IMG/VR virus record: IMGVR_UViG_3300022178_003030
Location: 1 to 62,292 of that record
Origin: a virus
Lineage: Duplodnaviria; Caudoviricetes
DNA length: 62,292 nucleotides
Strand: one strand, 5' to 3'
The notes under the pieces were generated by a model. That model was not told the origin of the DNA. It saw only the letters and a list, made by a program, of their open reading frames with translations, and made no database searches. This document shows, piece by piece, positions 1 through 8,766 of this stretch. The translations under genes were made by a program, and so were the position numbers. Numbering within the stretch: the first letter of the stretch is position 1; each line of letters begins with the position of its first letter.

Positions 1-785
1 ATAACGGGACGGAAAGATCGTATAGCGATGCCGCTACGGTGGGTAAAGTAAAAGGCTTTGAGTTTTTATTCGAGGCGGACTGGCGTAGACAGCAAGGGAC
101 AAACTTCCTGGATCAAAATCATTTCCTAAGATACGTAGCTAAAAACTGGATAGCAAAGGTAGAATATGTGCAGGACGGGTTTGCAGACGTTCAGTATTTT
201 GAAGGTTCACAAAGGGGGAGACTAAAAGTAAACGATCACCTTAGCTTTAACTTAGGGGTGGCACAACGTATATCTGAGCCTTACGGTTACGATGCTTTGG
301 AGGAGTGGATGCTTTCTAACGGGAACTTACATTATACTACCCTGGCTATACAAGAGGGATATACAGTTGATGTCCAGAATTCCGTGTATTATGAACCTAA
401 TGGCGATATATGTGCAGAAAGTTCCGATGTGTGGGAGCAGGTTGTTATACCTGTGGTTTTAGATGACTACGTTTCTCGTAAAAGATCTGAGCTTCCGAGC
501 CAATGGAACCACTCTTTGGTGGTGGGGTACGACTATTACAAGTATTCTAAGGACTTCTGGTTCCACAGCTGGGCGGGTGTAATGCCTTACCATTTGCGGG
601 TTGACAACGAATACTCTTATTTCGAAGCAACGGACGGGGCGCAGTGGGTGGATTACGCTGGAGGCCTTATCTTTGGCTGGAGATTAAACAAGAGCCTCGG
701 AATATTTCTTGAGGGAAAATACAACAAATATTGGAACAGGGAATGGCACGATTTCTCTGTTGGACTTAACTACGTAATACTATAA
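1..785 (+). CDS. Putative outer-membrane beta-barrel protein, C-terminal part (5'-truncated by the window edge)
   Basis: The frame is open from base 3 (NGTERSYSDAATVGKVKG...). It has aromatic-rich amphipathic strands and ends in a barrel-type last strand, DFSVGLNYVIL. The probable N-terminus with signal peptide is at 62213-62292. Confidence 0.6.
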   Translation, partial: NGTERSYSDAATVGKVKGFEFLFEADWRRQQGTNFLDQNHFLRYVAKNWIAKVEYVQDGFADVQYFEGSQRGRLKVNDHLSFNLGVAQRISEPYGYDALEEWMLSNGNLHYTTLAIQEGYTVDVQNSVYYEPNGDICAESSDVWEQVVIPVVLDDYVSRKRSELPSQWNHSLVVGYDYYKYSKDFWFHSWAGVMPYHLRVDNEYSYFEATDGAQWVDYAGGLIFGWRLNKSLGIFLEGKYNKYWNREWHDFSVGLNYVIL

Positions 786-787
786 AA

Positions 788-1072
788 ATGTCGCAGCAGA
801 TTGGAGAGGATACAAAAGTAACACTAGACCTAAAAACAATAGGTATAGGTGTAGCGGGGTTAGGATCATTAATAGCTATGTGGTTTGCTTTGCAGTCAGA
901 TATAGCTTTAGCCAAGGAACTGCCTATCCCTCCAGACCCAGAGATTACACGCATGGAGTTCGATATGAAAGATCAGCTTGTGCGTCAGACTATTATGACT
1001 ACGCAAGAAGATGTACTTGAAATAAAAGATGATTTAAAAAACATCGAGAGAAAAATAGATGAACTAAAATAA
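788..1072 (+). CDS. Small single-TM membrane protein with C-terminal coiled coil
   Basis: Hydrophobic segment IGIGVAGLGSLIAMWFAL and heptad-like C-terminus (VLEIKDDLKNIERKIDELK). Confidence 0.7.
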   Translation: MSQQIGEDTKVTLDLKTIGIGVAGLGSLIAMWFALQSDIALAKELPIPPDPEITRMEFDMKDQLVRQTIMTTQEDVLEIKDDLKNIERKIDELK

Positions 1073-1078
1073 TCACTC

Positions 1079-1435
1079 ATGAAGACCTTCCTTCTTACCT
1101 TCACGCTATTTTTATTTACCACGGCGGTATACGTTTCTACCCCCGCAGTTGTATTAGATCAAGGGATTTCCGTAGTAGAGTTTAACGCGAGTTTCAATGC
1201 TTCTAACAGTGTGAGCTGGATGGACAAACTTAGCGATTGTGAAGGCAAGAGGGTGGATATAGTTCTTTCCCCTGCCATGCAGAAGGAGCATAAGATAGTT
1301 GTCGTCCCGACGATTATAATATTCAACGAGGGTGAGGAGGTAAAAAGGTTTCAAGCGAATATAATGATGCAGCTAGAGGCTACCCAGGATGATATCCAGG
1401 AGGCGGTGGATGAGATTCTGATGAGTTCGTTCTAA
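1079..1435 (+). CDS. Exported thioredoxin-fold protein lacking CxxC
   Basis: N-terminal signal or TM segment. VVEFNASFN sits where thioredoxins have VVDFxAxWCxxC, and VVPTIIIFNEGEEVKRF matches the cis-Pro region. Confidence 0.7.
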   Translation: MKTFLLTFTLFLFTTAVYVSTPAVVLDQGISVVEFNASFNASNSVSWMDKLSDCEGKRVDIVLSPAMQKEHKIVVVPTIIIFNEGEEVKRFQANIMMQLEATQDDIQEAVDEILMSSF

Positions 1436-1470
1436 TTGTTATCTTTACACAACAATAATAAACACAAATA

Positions 1471-4230
1471 ATGCTAGGCTTATCAACATCGTCGTCCCCA
1501 GGTAGCAAACCCATGCGTAGCATAATTAACGCTGGGCGTAAGCTGTGGTTAAAGTTTCGTCGTAGTGATAATATCAGCAGGGAAAGGCTTTCTAATGCTA
1601 ATTTTGAAGACAACGAACCTGCAGCAGACAATGATTTTTTAAGCGGTGGCTTACAGTTTAATAATTGGGTTGAAAATAAAAACAGCGGTCTTAGGAGGTT
1701 TACTAAAATACCTGGTGGAATTAGATGCGATATTCTTGAGCCAGCAGATAATACGTGGCATAATAGGATATACTCGGATGTCCTCAACAGCTCTTTGACC
1801 GAGAACCAAACCTATCGATTCACGGCTGAGGTTCGTTGTAGTGTTGACGGAAATTTCAACGCTTCAATAGAAGCGACTAATGGAGACGATGCCCAACCTC
1901 ATCCAGATGTCCAAACCGCAGTTACTAATAGCGAATTTTCTTTAGTAAACACTACTTTTAATTATATCCCAGATTCTGATGGTGAAAATGGCGTTAGCAA
2001 TGTACTCGTTCATCTCTACCCTAATATTGCTCTCTCCGCTGGCGGTTTTTACGAGGTTAGGAACGTCTCACTCAAAGAGATTTCTCAATTCGAGCTTGAC
2101 GCCTCCTCGGAATCTAACGACGCGAAACTGTTTACTGGGAAAGCCTTGAGCTTCGACGGGACGAATGACTATGTAGAGTTACCTGCCGATTTAGATGAGA
2201 CGGTGTGGACATGTGCTATGTGGTTGGGGGATTATGTAAATCCTAATAGTTACGATTGGTTGTTTGGAAAAGACACCGCTAGGAGTATAGGGCTTGCAAA
2301 TAATCCTACTGATAAAATATTCTTTAGATCTAGCTCTTCTACTTATTATGATTTTACAACTGATACTCCGTCAAGTTACACAGGTTATAAAAGATTTGTG
2401 TTTGCCTCGGATGGGACGGATATATCTTTATACATTGATGGTGTTTTTATGGATTCTGTAACTCCAGATGATACCCACCTGAGGTTACGCAGGATAATGG
2501 CGGGATATAACACTTCATCGCATTTAACAGAAGGAAAGGCCTCAGACTTTCAGTTCTACGACTCTTGCTGGACAGCTAACGACGCCTACTTAGACTATAC
2601 ATACCCGAACGAGCTCTTGATAGACGCTGGTGGTTCTGTAGCAAGAAACAGCTTACGTGTACATCTACCGATGTCGGAGGGGAGTGGAGCGGTTGCTTTT
2701 AATTCCGTACGCTTGGGTGAGGAGCTTATAGAAAACAATGATTTTTCAAGTGTTGGTAATTGGAATGCAGGTGGTGGTTGGGAAGTATTAGGAAATGACA
2801 AAGCAACAAATGACGGTACAGGCGGGATTTTAAGACAATTTGATACTGTTCCCTTAAATACAAGATTTAAAGTTGTTTTTACTGTTGCTGATTATGTTAC
2901 GGGAAACATACAGATAAAATTTGCTCCTGTGGGTCAAAGTGTTGCAATAACGGGTAACAATACGTATACTGTTTATACAGCTGGAGATAATAACTCCAAT
3001 GATGATTTCCAAATTATTGCCACAAGCGGTTTTGTTGGTTCTATAACAAACATCTCAGTCCGCGAGATAGTCACACCGTTCGACTCTATATATAACGGGG
3101 CGGCTTTAGGTGCTACGTGGGTGACGGCACAACCAACGATCCCGCAGCTCGGTATGCAAGACTGGAGTAAAGGGAGTAATTTATTTCCTACTAGCGAATC
3201 CAGCCTTACTCTTTCTAACGTAACGTCTAGTGCAGTCGAAGGACCTGCTATTAATTCCGCAGACGCTTTAAATACAGCAACGCGTTTAACAGAGACTACG
3301 GCTGATGATCAGCATTATAGCTCGGCAGTATTCGTGGCTTACAGTGGGATAGAATATACTTTTTCTGTTTTTGTAAAAAAGGGTACCTATGATGAAATAA
3401 GATTAGTCACCTCATCCAACCGCATCGTAAGTTCTGTATATTTTACTTTTTCAACTGAGTCTTTTCGGGCCACAACGTATTCTCCAGCCGCTGAAGATTA
3501 TGGGAATGGGTGGTATAGGGTTAGCTGGACAGCCACAGCAAAAACAGATTTTGGAGCCAGCAGTAGCTGCGTCTTATACCTCTCCCCTCTTGACTTATCT
3601 TCATATGCGGGAGCTACAAGTAAGTATACAGATTTCTTCGGATGGCAAGTAGAGATTGGAGATACAATGGGGAATTACATCCCGACTAATGGTCTCCTTG
3701 CACAAGACGCTACTTTAACAGCAAACCCTTATAACGCAGGTTACGACGTAGTAGGGAATGCGCTTCGTACGAGGAATAAAGGTTTAAATCTCGACGGGAT
3801 CGGGTATGCGGAGATTGTAGCGGACAGCTCTTTGACGGATATTACTAACGGGACTATACAGTTTTGGCTTAAGAATACTAATACAGTTAAATTTGTCGTT
3901 TTTAGTGAGGAAGGTGGAACAGACTATATAGGCGCGTATAATCCTCCTACGGCGAGTGGGCTATGGTATAACAGCAGCTCTACAGGTACGATTACGTCGA
4001 CAGCGGATAATAATATTGCGCTTACTACAGGGATGATTACCGATGGGGATTGGCATATGCACACTATGACGGGCGTTAATATAAGCTCGTTTACTGTTTT
4101 CCAACTAGGTAATTATTCAAACACTTTCCCCCTCGATACTATAATTAACGATGTAAGGCTTTACAACAGAGTTTTGACAGCAGCAGAAATTATAAACAAT
4201 TACAAAGTCGGTAAAAGCAAACACTCATAA
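1471..4230 (+). CDS. Virion surface or receptor-binding protein with LamG/ConA-like and CBM-like beta-sandwich domains
   Basis: ALSFDGTNDYVELP, ISLYIDG, DGDWHM and INDVRLYNRVLTAAEI are LamG-type motifs. LSNANFE and ELIENNDFS are CBM4-like starts, and YTFSVFVKKG...GNGWYRVS is a phage fibre module. Confidence 0.7.
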   Translation: MLGLSTSSSPGSKPMRSIINAGRKLWLKFRRSDNISRERLSNANFEDNEPAADNDFLSGGLQFNNWVENKNSGLRRFTKIPGGIRCDILEPADNTWHNRIYSDVLNSSLTENQTYRFTAEVRCSVDGNFNASIEATNGDDAQPHPDVQTAVTNSEFSLVNTTFNYIPDSDGENGVSNVLVHLYPNIALSAGGFYEVRNVSLKEISQFELDASSESNDAKLFTGKALSFDGTNDYVELPADLDETVWTCAMWLGDYVNPNSYDWLFGKDTARSIGLANNPTDKIFFRSSSSTYYDFTTDTPSSYTGYKRFVFASDGTDISLYIDGVFMDSVTPDDTHLRLRRIMAGYNTSSHLTEGKASDFQFYDSCWTANDAYLDYTYPNELLIDAGGSVARNSLRVHLPMSEGSGAVAFNSVRLGEELIENNDFSSVGNWNAGGGWEVLGNDKATNDGTGGILRQFDTVPLNTRFKVVFTVADYVTGNIQIKFAPVGQSVAITGNNTYTVYTAGDNNSNDDFQIIATSGFVGSITNISVREIVTPFDSIYNGAALGATWVTAQPTIPQLGMQDWSKGSNLFPTSESSLTLSNVTSSAVEGPAINSADALNTATRLTETTADDQHYSSAVFVAYSGIEYTFSVFVKKGTYDEIRLVTSSNRIVSSVYFTFSTESFRATTYSPAAEDYGNGWYRVSWTATAKTDFGASSSCVLYLSPLDLSSYAGATSKYTDFFGWQVEIGDTMGNYIPTNGLLAQDATLTANPYNAGYDVVGNALRTRNKGLNLDGIGYAEIVADSSLTDITNGTIQFWLKNTNTVKFVVFSEEGGTDYIGAYNPPTASGLWYNSSSTGTITSTADNNIALTTGMITDGDWHMHTMTGVNISSFTVFQLGNYSNTFPLDTIINDVRLYNRVLTAAEIINNYKVGKSKHS

Positions 4231-4586
4231 TGAAAGGAAATATATTCATGTGCCTGAATAAGGCTACATACGAAGGGAATATCCCTGCAGGCTTAAAAGC
4301 CAGTTACGCGCGTAGAACGTACGACGAAGACGGGGTACAGACAGCGATACTAGACACCACTTTTAAAGAGGTTGTAGCGGATAACCTGTACAAGTACGGG
4401 GGGGAAGTAGAGATAGACGTAAGCGGGACAGCATACTTCTTAGTGGAGCTAGATGCTTCTTGGATAACGGGGGAAGTATCTCTCCTGCTAGAGCTAGGTG
4501 ATGGATTAAGTTACCCAAATAATTGCCTCTTAACGAATAGCGAGGCACGTAAGTTGGTTAGCGATAACGCCTCAGATCCTGAATGA
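4230..4586 (+). CDS. Hypothetical protein, translationally coupled to the LamG protein (possible chaperone or partner)
   Basis: TAATG overlap with the upstream ORF; 118 aa. Confidence 0.6.
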   Translation: MKGNIFMCLNKATYEGNIPAGLKASYARRTYDEDGVQTAILDTTFKEVVADNLYKYGGEVEIDVSGTAYFLVELDASWITGEVSLLLELGDGLSYPNNCLLTNSEARKLVSDNASDPE

Positions 4587-4900
4587 AAGTCTGCAAAAAT
4601 GGCTGTAGCCATAAGGTCATGAAGAAAGGGGGTAAGACCCCTGCATGGACGCGCAAAGAAGGTAAGAACCCTGAAGGAGGGTTAAACGCAAAAGGTGTAG
4701 CTTCTTATAGAAAGGCTAACCCAGGGAGCAAACTTAAGATGGCTGTAACGGGTAAAGTTAAAGCAGGGTCTAAAGCAGCTAAGAGGCGTAAATCCTTTTG
4801 TGCTAGAATGAGCGGAATGAAAGGCCCTATGAAAAAACCAAACGGCAAACCTACGAGAAAGGCTTTAGCTCTACGTAAATGGCGTTGTAGAAAGAAATAA
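4583..4900 (+). CDS. Small Lys-rich phage protein (DUF6321-like)
   Basis: EGGLNAKGVASYRKANPGSKLK...RRKSFCARM...ALRKWRC matches a family common in aquatic phages (recognised by eye). Confidence 0.7.
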   Translation: MKVCKNGCSHKVMKKGGKTPAWTRKEGKNPEGGLNAKGVASYRKANPGSKLKMAVTGKVKAGSKAAKRRKSFCARMSGMKGPMKKPNGKPTRKALALRKWRCRKK

Positions 4901-4902
4901 AA

Positions 4903-5091
4903 ATGAATACAGTAAAGAAAAACAAAGGGGGGAAGCTAAACGTTTCTAACAAAAAGGTAGAAGTAGCCCCTCCCAAGGGCTACCATTGGATGGAGGATCG
5001 TGGTAGATACTTTTTAATGAAAGGTGATTATGCACCGCATCCAGGCGCAGTAGAAAAAGCAAAGTTTAAAACAGCAAATCATGGCAAGTAA
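4903..5091 (+). CDS. Small basic hypothetical protein
   Basis: 62 aa ORF within the operon; contains APPKGYHWM. Confidence 0.65.
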   Translation: MNTVKKNKGGKLNVSNKKVEVAPPKGYHWMEDRGRYFLMKGDYAPHPGAVEKAKFKTANHGK

Positions 5092-5257
5092 AAAAAGACC
5101 AGGTTTATGGGCCAATATAAGGGCAAAGAAAAAAAGAGGGGAGGCACCAGCTAAACCAGGTGAAAAAGATTATCCAACAAAAAAATCGTGGAAGAAGGTT
5201 ACATCTCTTGGTAACGGGGGTAAGGTCAAAGTAGTTAAAAAAAACAAACCTAAATAA
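5081..5257 (+). CDS. Small Lys-rich hypothetical protein (58 aa, not in the ORF track)
   Basis: Translated by hand: MASKKRPGLWANIRAKKKRGEAPAKPGEKDYPTKKSWKK...KPK*. It fills the gap between neighbouring genes. Confidence 0.65.
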   Translation: MASKKRPGLWANIRAKKKRGEAPAKPGEKDYPTKKSWKKVTSLGNGGKVKVVKKNKPK

Positions 5258-5261
5258 TAAC

Positions 5262-5269
5262 TATATTTG
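5262..5269 (+). promoter_or_regulatory. Bacteroidota sigma-A -7 promoter element (TATATTTG)
   Basis: Matches TAnnTTTG; intergenic, 19 nt before ATG 5289. Confidence 0.65.
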
Positions 5270-5288
5270 CATATAAATAAATCTTAAA

Positions 5289-5702
5289 ATGGCAACGACA
5301 GCAACAATATCATTATCTAGCGATATAACTGGTGATCAGGTTTCGTTAAGTTCAACCTCTACCTTAACTAAGTCGGGGTCGGATTCTACTGGGCTCGATC
5401 AATTTACTGGTGTAAACACTGTTCAATACGCAGCCGCACAATCGGCAGCCACACTTATATCCGCCGCGGATTACGTAGACACAACCGTAGCTCACAAGGT
5501 TTACATAAGGAACGCCAGTACGAGTACAAGTTGTTATGTTTTAGTAGACATAGACTCAACTGCAAATGAACCGCTTGGTCGTTTGTATGCTGGGGACTGG
5601 TGCTTCTTCCCTTGGATGGGAACTTTAGATATAGATTTTACTACAAACGAGACTGGTCAAACTGTAGAGTTTGCTGTTATTTCTCAATCTATAGCATCAT
5701 AA
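5289..5702 (+). CDS. Small beta-rich putative structural protein, paralog 1
   Basis: MATTATISLSS...HKVYIRN...EPLGRLYAGDWCFFPW motif shared with the neighbours. Confidence 0.7.
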   Translation: MATTATISLSSDITGDQVSLSSTSTLTKSGSDSTGLDQFTGVNTVQYAAAQSAATLISAADYVDTTVAHKVYIRNASTSTSCYVLVDIDSTANEPLGRLYAGDWCFFPWMGTLDIDFTTNETGQTVEFAVISQSIAS

Positions 5703-5711
5703 TATAAAACA

Positions 5712-6107
5712 ATGGCAACTACAGCAACATTCACATTAAGCGCTCCAGACTTTACTGGAGGTTCTCCTTTTACTGTTTCTACCGTTCTTTACAAGGCTGG
5801 TACAAGCACAGCGATAGATCAATTTACAGGAATAGCAAGGGTTTATAAAGCTTCAGCTACTGCGGATATATCTTTAGTTGCAAACGGAAGTTATTCAGAC
5901 GACAAAGCTCACAAACTTTACGTTAAAAACACTTCGACTACTACACCTGAGACTTATGTGCTTATGGAGGTTGGAAGCAACGAGCCTATTGGGAGGTTGT
6001 TTCCTGGGGACTGGATGTTCATCCCAGTAGAAGGGAGCGAGGACTTTAAAGCAACAACATCAGCAGCGGGAATGAGCTTTGAGTGGGGATTGTTTCACGA
6101 AGGATAA
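5712..6107 (+). CDS. Small beta-rich putative structural protein, paralog 2
   Basis: MATTATFTLS...HKLYVKN...EPIGRLFPGDWMFIP. Confidence 0.7.
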   Translation: MATTATFTLSAPDFTGGSPFTVSTVLYKAGTSTAIDQFTGIARVYKASATADISLVANGSYSDDKAHKLYVKNTSTTTPETYVLMEVGSNEPIGRLFPGDWMFIPVEGSEDFKATTSAAGMSFEWGLFHEG

Positions 6108-6118
6108 TAGTATAGAAT

Positions 6119-6850
6119 ATGCCAATAACAACAGCAACATTATCATTATCAAGCACCGATCTTACGAGCAGCTCTTTATCAATAAACGCTTCTACTGAGC
6201 TTTCACAAGCTGGCCTGAAGTCGGGTTTATCTAACACAAGCGGTCTAACAAGAAAAACACTTAGTGCCGCCAGCGCCGCATTAATAACAGCCGAGCCGTT
6301 ATATAGGGCCGACCTAGTTACACAGGACGGAGCAAACAAGGTTTACATTAAAAACCTTTCAAATGAGGCTTCTGAGTTTTTCACAGTATACCTTGACCAA
6401 GAGGTGATAGGTAAGCTTTACGCAAATGACTGGATGTTTATGCCTTGGAGCGCTAAGCAAGGAACTAAAGAAACCTTTGTTGTAACGGCTACCGTTAGTA
6501 GTGGAGCTGTTGCTGTAGGTGATAGCTGGGACTTTGATGGTGTTACCACAGTTAGCGCTGATGCAATTTTAAACAATTTTGCCGCTGCGGTTAACGCTCA
6601 ATTCTACCCTAACTGGACAACTACGGTTAGCAGTGCGGCTGTTACCTTTACGGCTAGGATAGCAAAAGCACAAGGTGTTGTTACAAGCTCTACAGCTATA
6701 ACAGGAGACACGTTAGTAGATTTAGCTGATTCAAACTTTACAATGCCAATAACAAGTGGAGCGGCAGGGACCAGATCCACAGGCGATATATTTATTGAAC
6801 CTAGCGTTCACACTGGTATGATTTACGAATCCCTCTTAATACACGAATAA
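6119..6850 (+). CDS. Putative structural protein, paralog 3, with an internal insertion of about 100 aa
   Basis: TTATLSLSS...NKVYIKN...EVIGKLYANDWMFMPW, then an extra domain, then the terminal strand YESLLIHE. Confidence 0.7.
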   Translation: MPITTATLSLSSTDLTSSSLSINASTELSQAGLKSGLSNTSGLTRKTLSAASAALITAEPLYRADLVTQDGANKVYIKNLSNEASEFFTVYLDQEVIGKLYANDWMFMPWSAKQGTKETFVVTATVSSGAVAVGDSWDFDGVTTVSADAILNNFAAAVNAQFYPNWTTTVSSAAVTFTARIAKAQGVVTSSTAITGDTLVDLADSNFTMPITSGAAGTRSTGDIFIEPSVHTGMIYESLLIHE

Positions 6851-7257
6851 TGGCAACAGTAAAAGCAACGCTAACCTTATCCAGCTCCGATGTTCTGTCA
6901 TCACCGTTAAACATAGCGGTTAATGCTTCCCTTAAGGCGGATTCGGGTAGCTTAATACGAGCGAAAGTAAAAGGTACAGCTGCTGATACGGATGACCTTT
7001 TGCTATATAAAGCAGACGACAAGCTAGAAAGAGCTTATCTATATATTAGCAATTTAGACCCAGAGCTAGAAAATTACATCTACGTGCGTAACGAAACCGA
7101 ATCCAATACGGCCCTTTGCGCTAAGATTGGTGGTGGAGAATTTGCATTTATACCAGTAGCGGTTGATAAGACTTACGAGGCTGTGGGTACAAAAACAAAC
7201 ACATTAATTGAGTACGGGGTGTTCGGTTACGATAACTCAGGAGTATCCCTCTCATAA
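6850..7257 (+). CDS. Putative structural protein, paralog 4
   Basis: MATVKATLTLSS...YLYISN...AKIGGGEFAFIP...IEYGVF. Confidence 0.7.
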   Translation: MATVKATLTLSSSDVLSSPLNIAVNASLKADSGSLIRAKVKGTAADTDDLLLYKADDKLERAYLYISNLDPELENYIYVRNETESNTALCAKIGGGEFAFIPVAVDKTYEAVGTKTNTLIEYGVFGYDNSGVSLS

Positions 7258-7269
7258 TAAAATAAAAAC

Positions 7270-7626
7270 ATGGCAACATTAGCAAATCAAGGGGTAGCAT
7301 CACAAGCATCATTCGGACAATTAGGAAGCGCATTCTTAGACGAAGGGGGAGCCTATTTACCGCCAGCAGGATCTGTCGTAGTGGCTATTACATGCTTAGC
7401 AGATACTACATTTTCAGTATTAACACCAGAAGCTACAGGGGATTGTTTTGGTCTTGCGGGTAGTTCGGGTGTAGGGTCAGGGCATAATTTAGTTACCAAC
7501 GCTAACGTTTTTCCACAAGGTATTACTATCTACGGAAGATGGACAGCTGTTACAGCTACAGCTGATACTGCAGGCGGGGTTATATGTTACCTCGGACCTT
7601 CTAAGTCTCCGAACCAGACCGCATAA
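7270..7626 (+). CDS. Small putative structural protein
   Basis: Gly/Ala/Thr-rich, contains FPQGITIYGRWT, and lies in the head gene cluster. Confidence 0.6.
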   Translation: MATLANQGVASQASFGQLGSAFLDEGGAYLPPAGSVVVAITCLADTTFSVLTPEATGDCFGLAGSSGVGSGHNLVTNANVFPQGITIYGRWTAVTATADTAGGVICYLGPSKSPNQTA

Positions 7627-7646
7627 CAATAACTTAATTTAATATA

Positions 7647-8753
7647 ATGGAAGAACAATTTGAAAAAGTGGAGATCTTTGATACTCCCGAACAACTCGCT
7701 GCCTCTATGCAGGCAGACGCACAAACTACAACTACAGAGGAGGCCCCACAACAGGAGTCTCAGCCAGTTGAAGAAACTTCTACCCCAGAGGTAACTCAGG
7801 AATCTTCTCCACAGAGTGAGCCACAGGTAGAACCAGATTTATCACAACCGCAACAGGAGAATGTTGCTAGTGATGAGAGTCAGCAGTACTCAGATAACGA
7901 GATTGAAGAAGCGGTCTTCGGTTTTCTAAGCGAAAAGCTTGGGAGAAAGGTGTCTTCTTTAGACGAGTTCAACACTGCACCACAGGAAGCGCCCCAGCTT
8001 GATGAAAGGGTAGAGGCTATTGCCAAGTTTGTAAAAGAAACTGGTAGGACACCTCAGGATTGGTTCACGTACCAGTCATTAAATCCGTCTGAGATGGACG
8101 ATTTAACGGCAGTAAAAGTACAAGTAGCCACCGAAAACCCAAGTCTTTCGTCAAGTGAAGTGGAACTGCTTCTTAACAGTAAGTATAACCTTGACACTGA
8201 TCTAGCATCAGAACAAGAGGTTAACGTTGCTAAACTACAGCTTAAGATAGAAGCGCAGAAGGCTAGAAATTCAATAGAGAACTTACGTTCTCAATATCAA
8301 GCCCCTGAAGCTAAATCAAGAGCTGATAAATCTTTTATTGATGACAAGTGGTTGTCGGATATGTCCAAAGAAGTAGATGCGTTAGATGGTCTAGAGTTTG
8401 ACCTTGGTAACGATAAATCTTTTACTTTCGGTCTTGACGATAACTACAAGAATCAGTTAAAAGAAAATAACTCTCAGCTAGAAAACTTCTTTGACTCTTT
8501 TGTCAAGGCTGATGGAAGCTGGGACTTTGATTCGCTTTCATCTACGATGGCGGTAAGAGACAACGTCGATAAGATAGTTTCTTCTGCTTATACTCAAGGG
8601 CTCAGCGATGGGCAACGAGGTATAGTAAATAAAGCGGCGAATATTTCAACACAATCACCACAGTTGGGACAGCAGCCACAAGGGTCTGCGCTAGCTGATC
8701 AGGTGAAACAGATCATGCGGAGTAATAGCTCCAAAATGACATTTAACATTTAA
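7647..8753 (+). CDS. Putative capsid scaffolding protein
   Basis: Acidic, low-complexity N-terminus and helical body; immediately upstream of the major capsid gene. Confidence 0.6.
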   Translation: MEEQFEKVEIFDTPEQLAASMQADAQTTTTEEAPQQESQPVEETSTPEVTQESSPQSEPQVEPDLSQPQQENVASDESQQYSDNEIEEAVFGFLSEKLGRKVSSLDEFNTAPQEAPQLDERVEAIAKFVKETGRTPQDWFTYQSLNPSEMDDLTAVKVQVATENPSLSSSEVELLLNSKYNLDTDLASEQEVNVAKLQLKIEAQKARNSIENLRSQYQAPEAKSRADKSFIDDKWLSDMSKEVDALDGLEFDLGNDKSFTFGLDDNYKNQLKENNSQLENFFDSFVKADGSWDFDSLSSTMAVRDNVDKIVSSAYTQGLSDGQRGIVNKAANISTQSPQLGQQPQGSALADQVKQIMRSNSSKMTFNI

Positions 8754-8766
8754 AAAATAAGAAACA

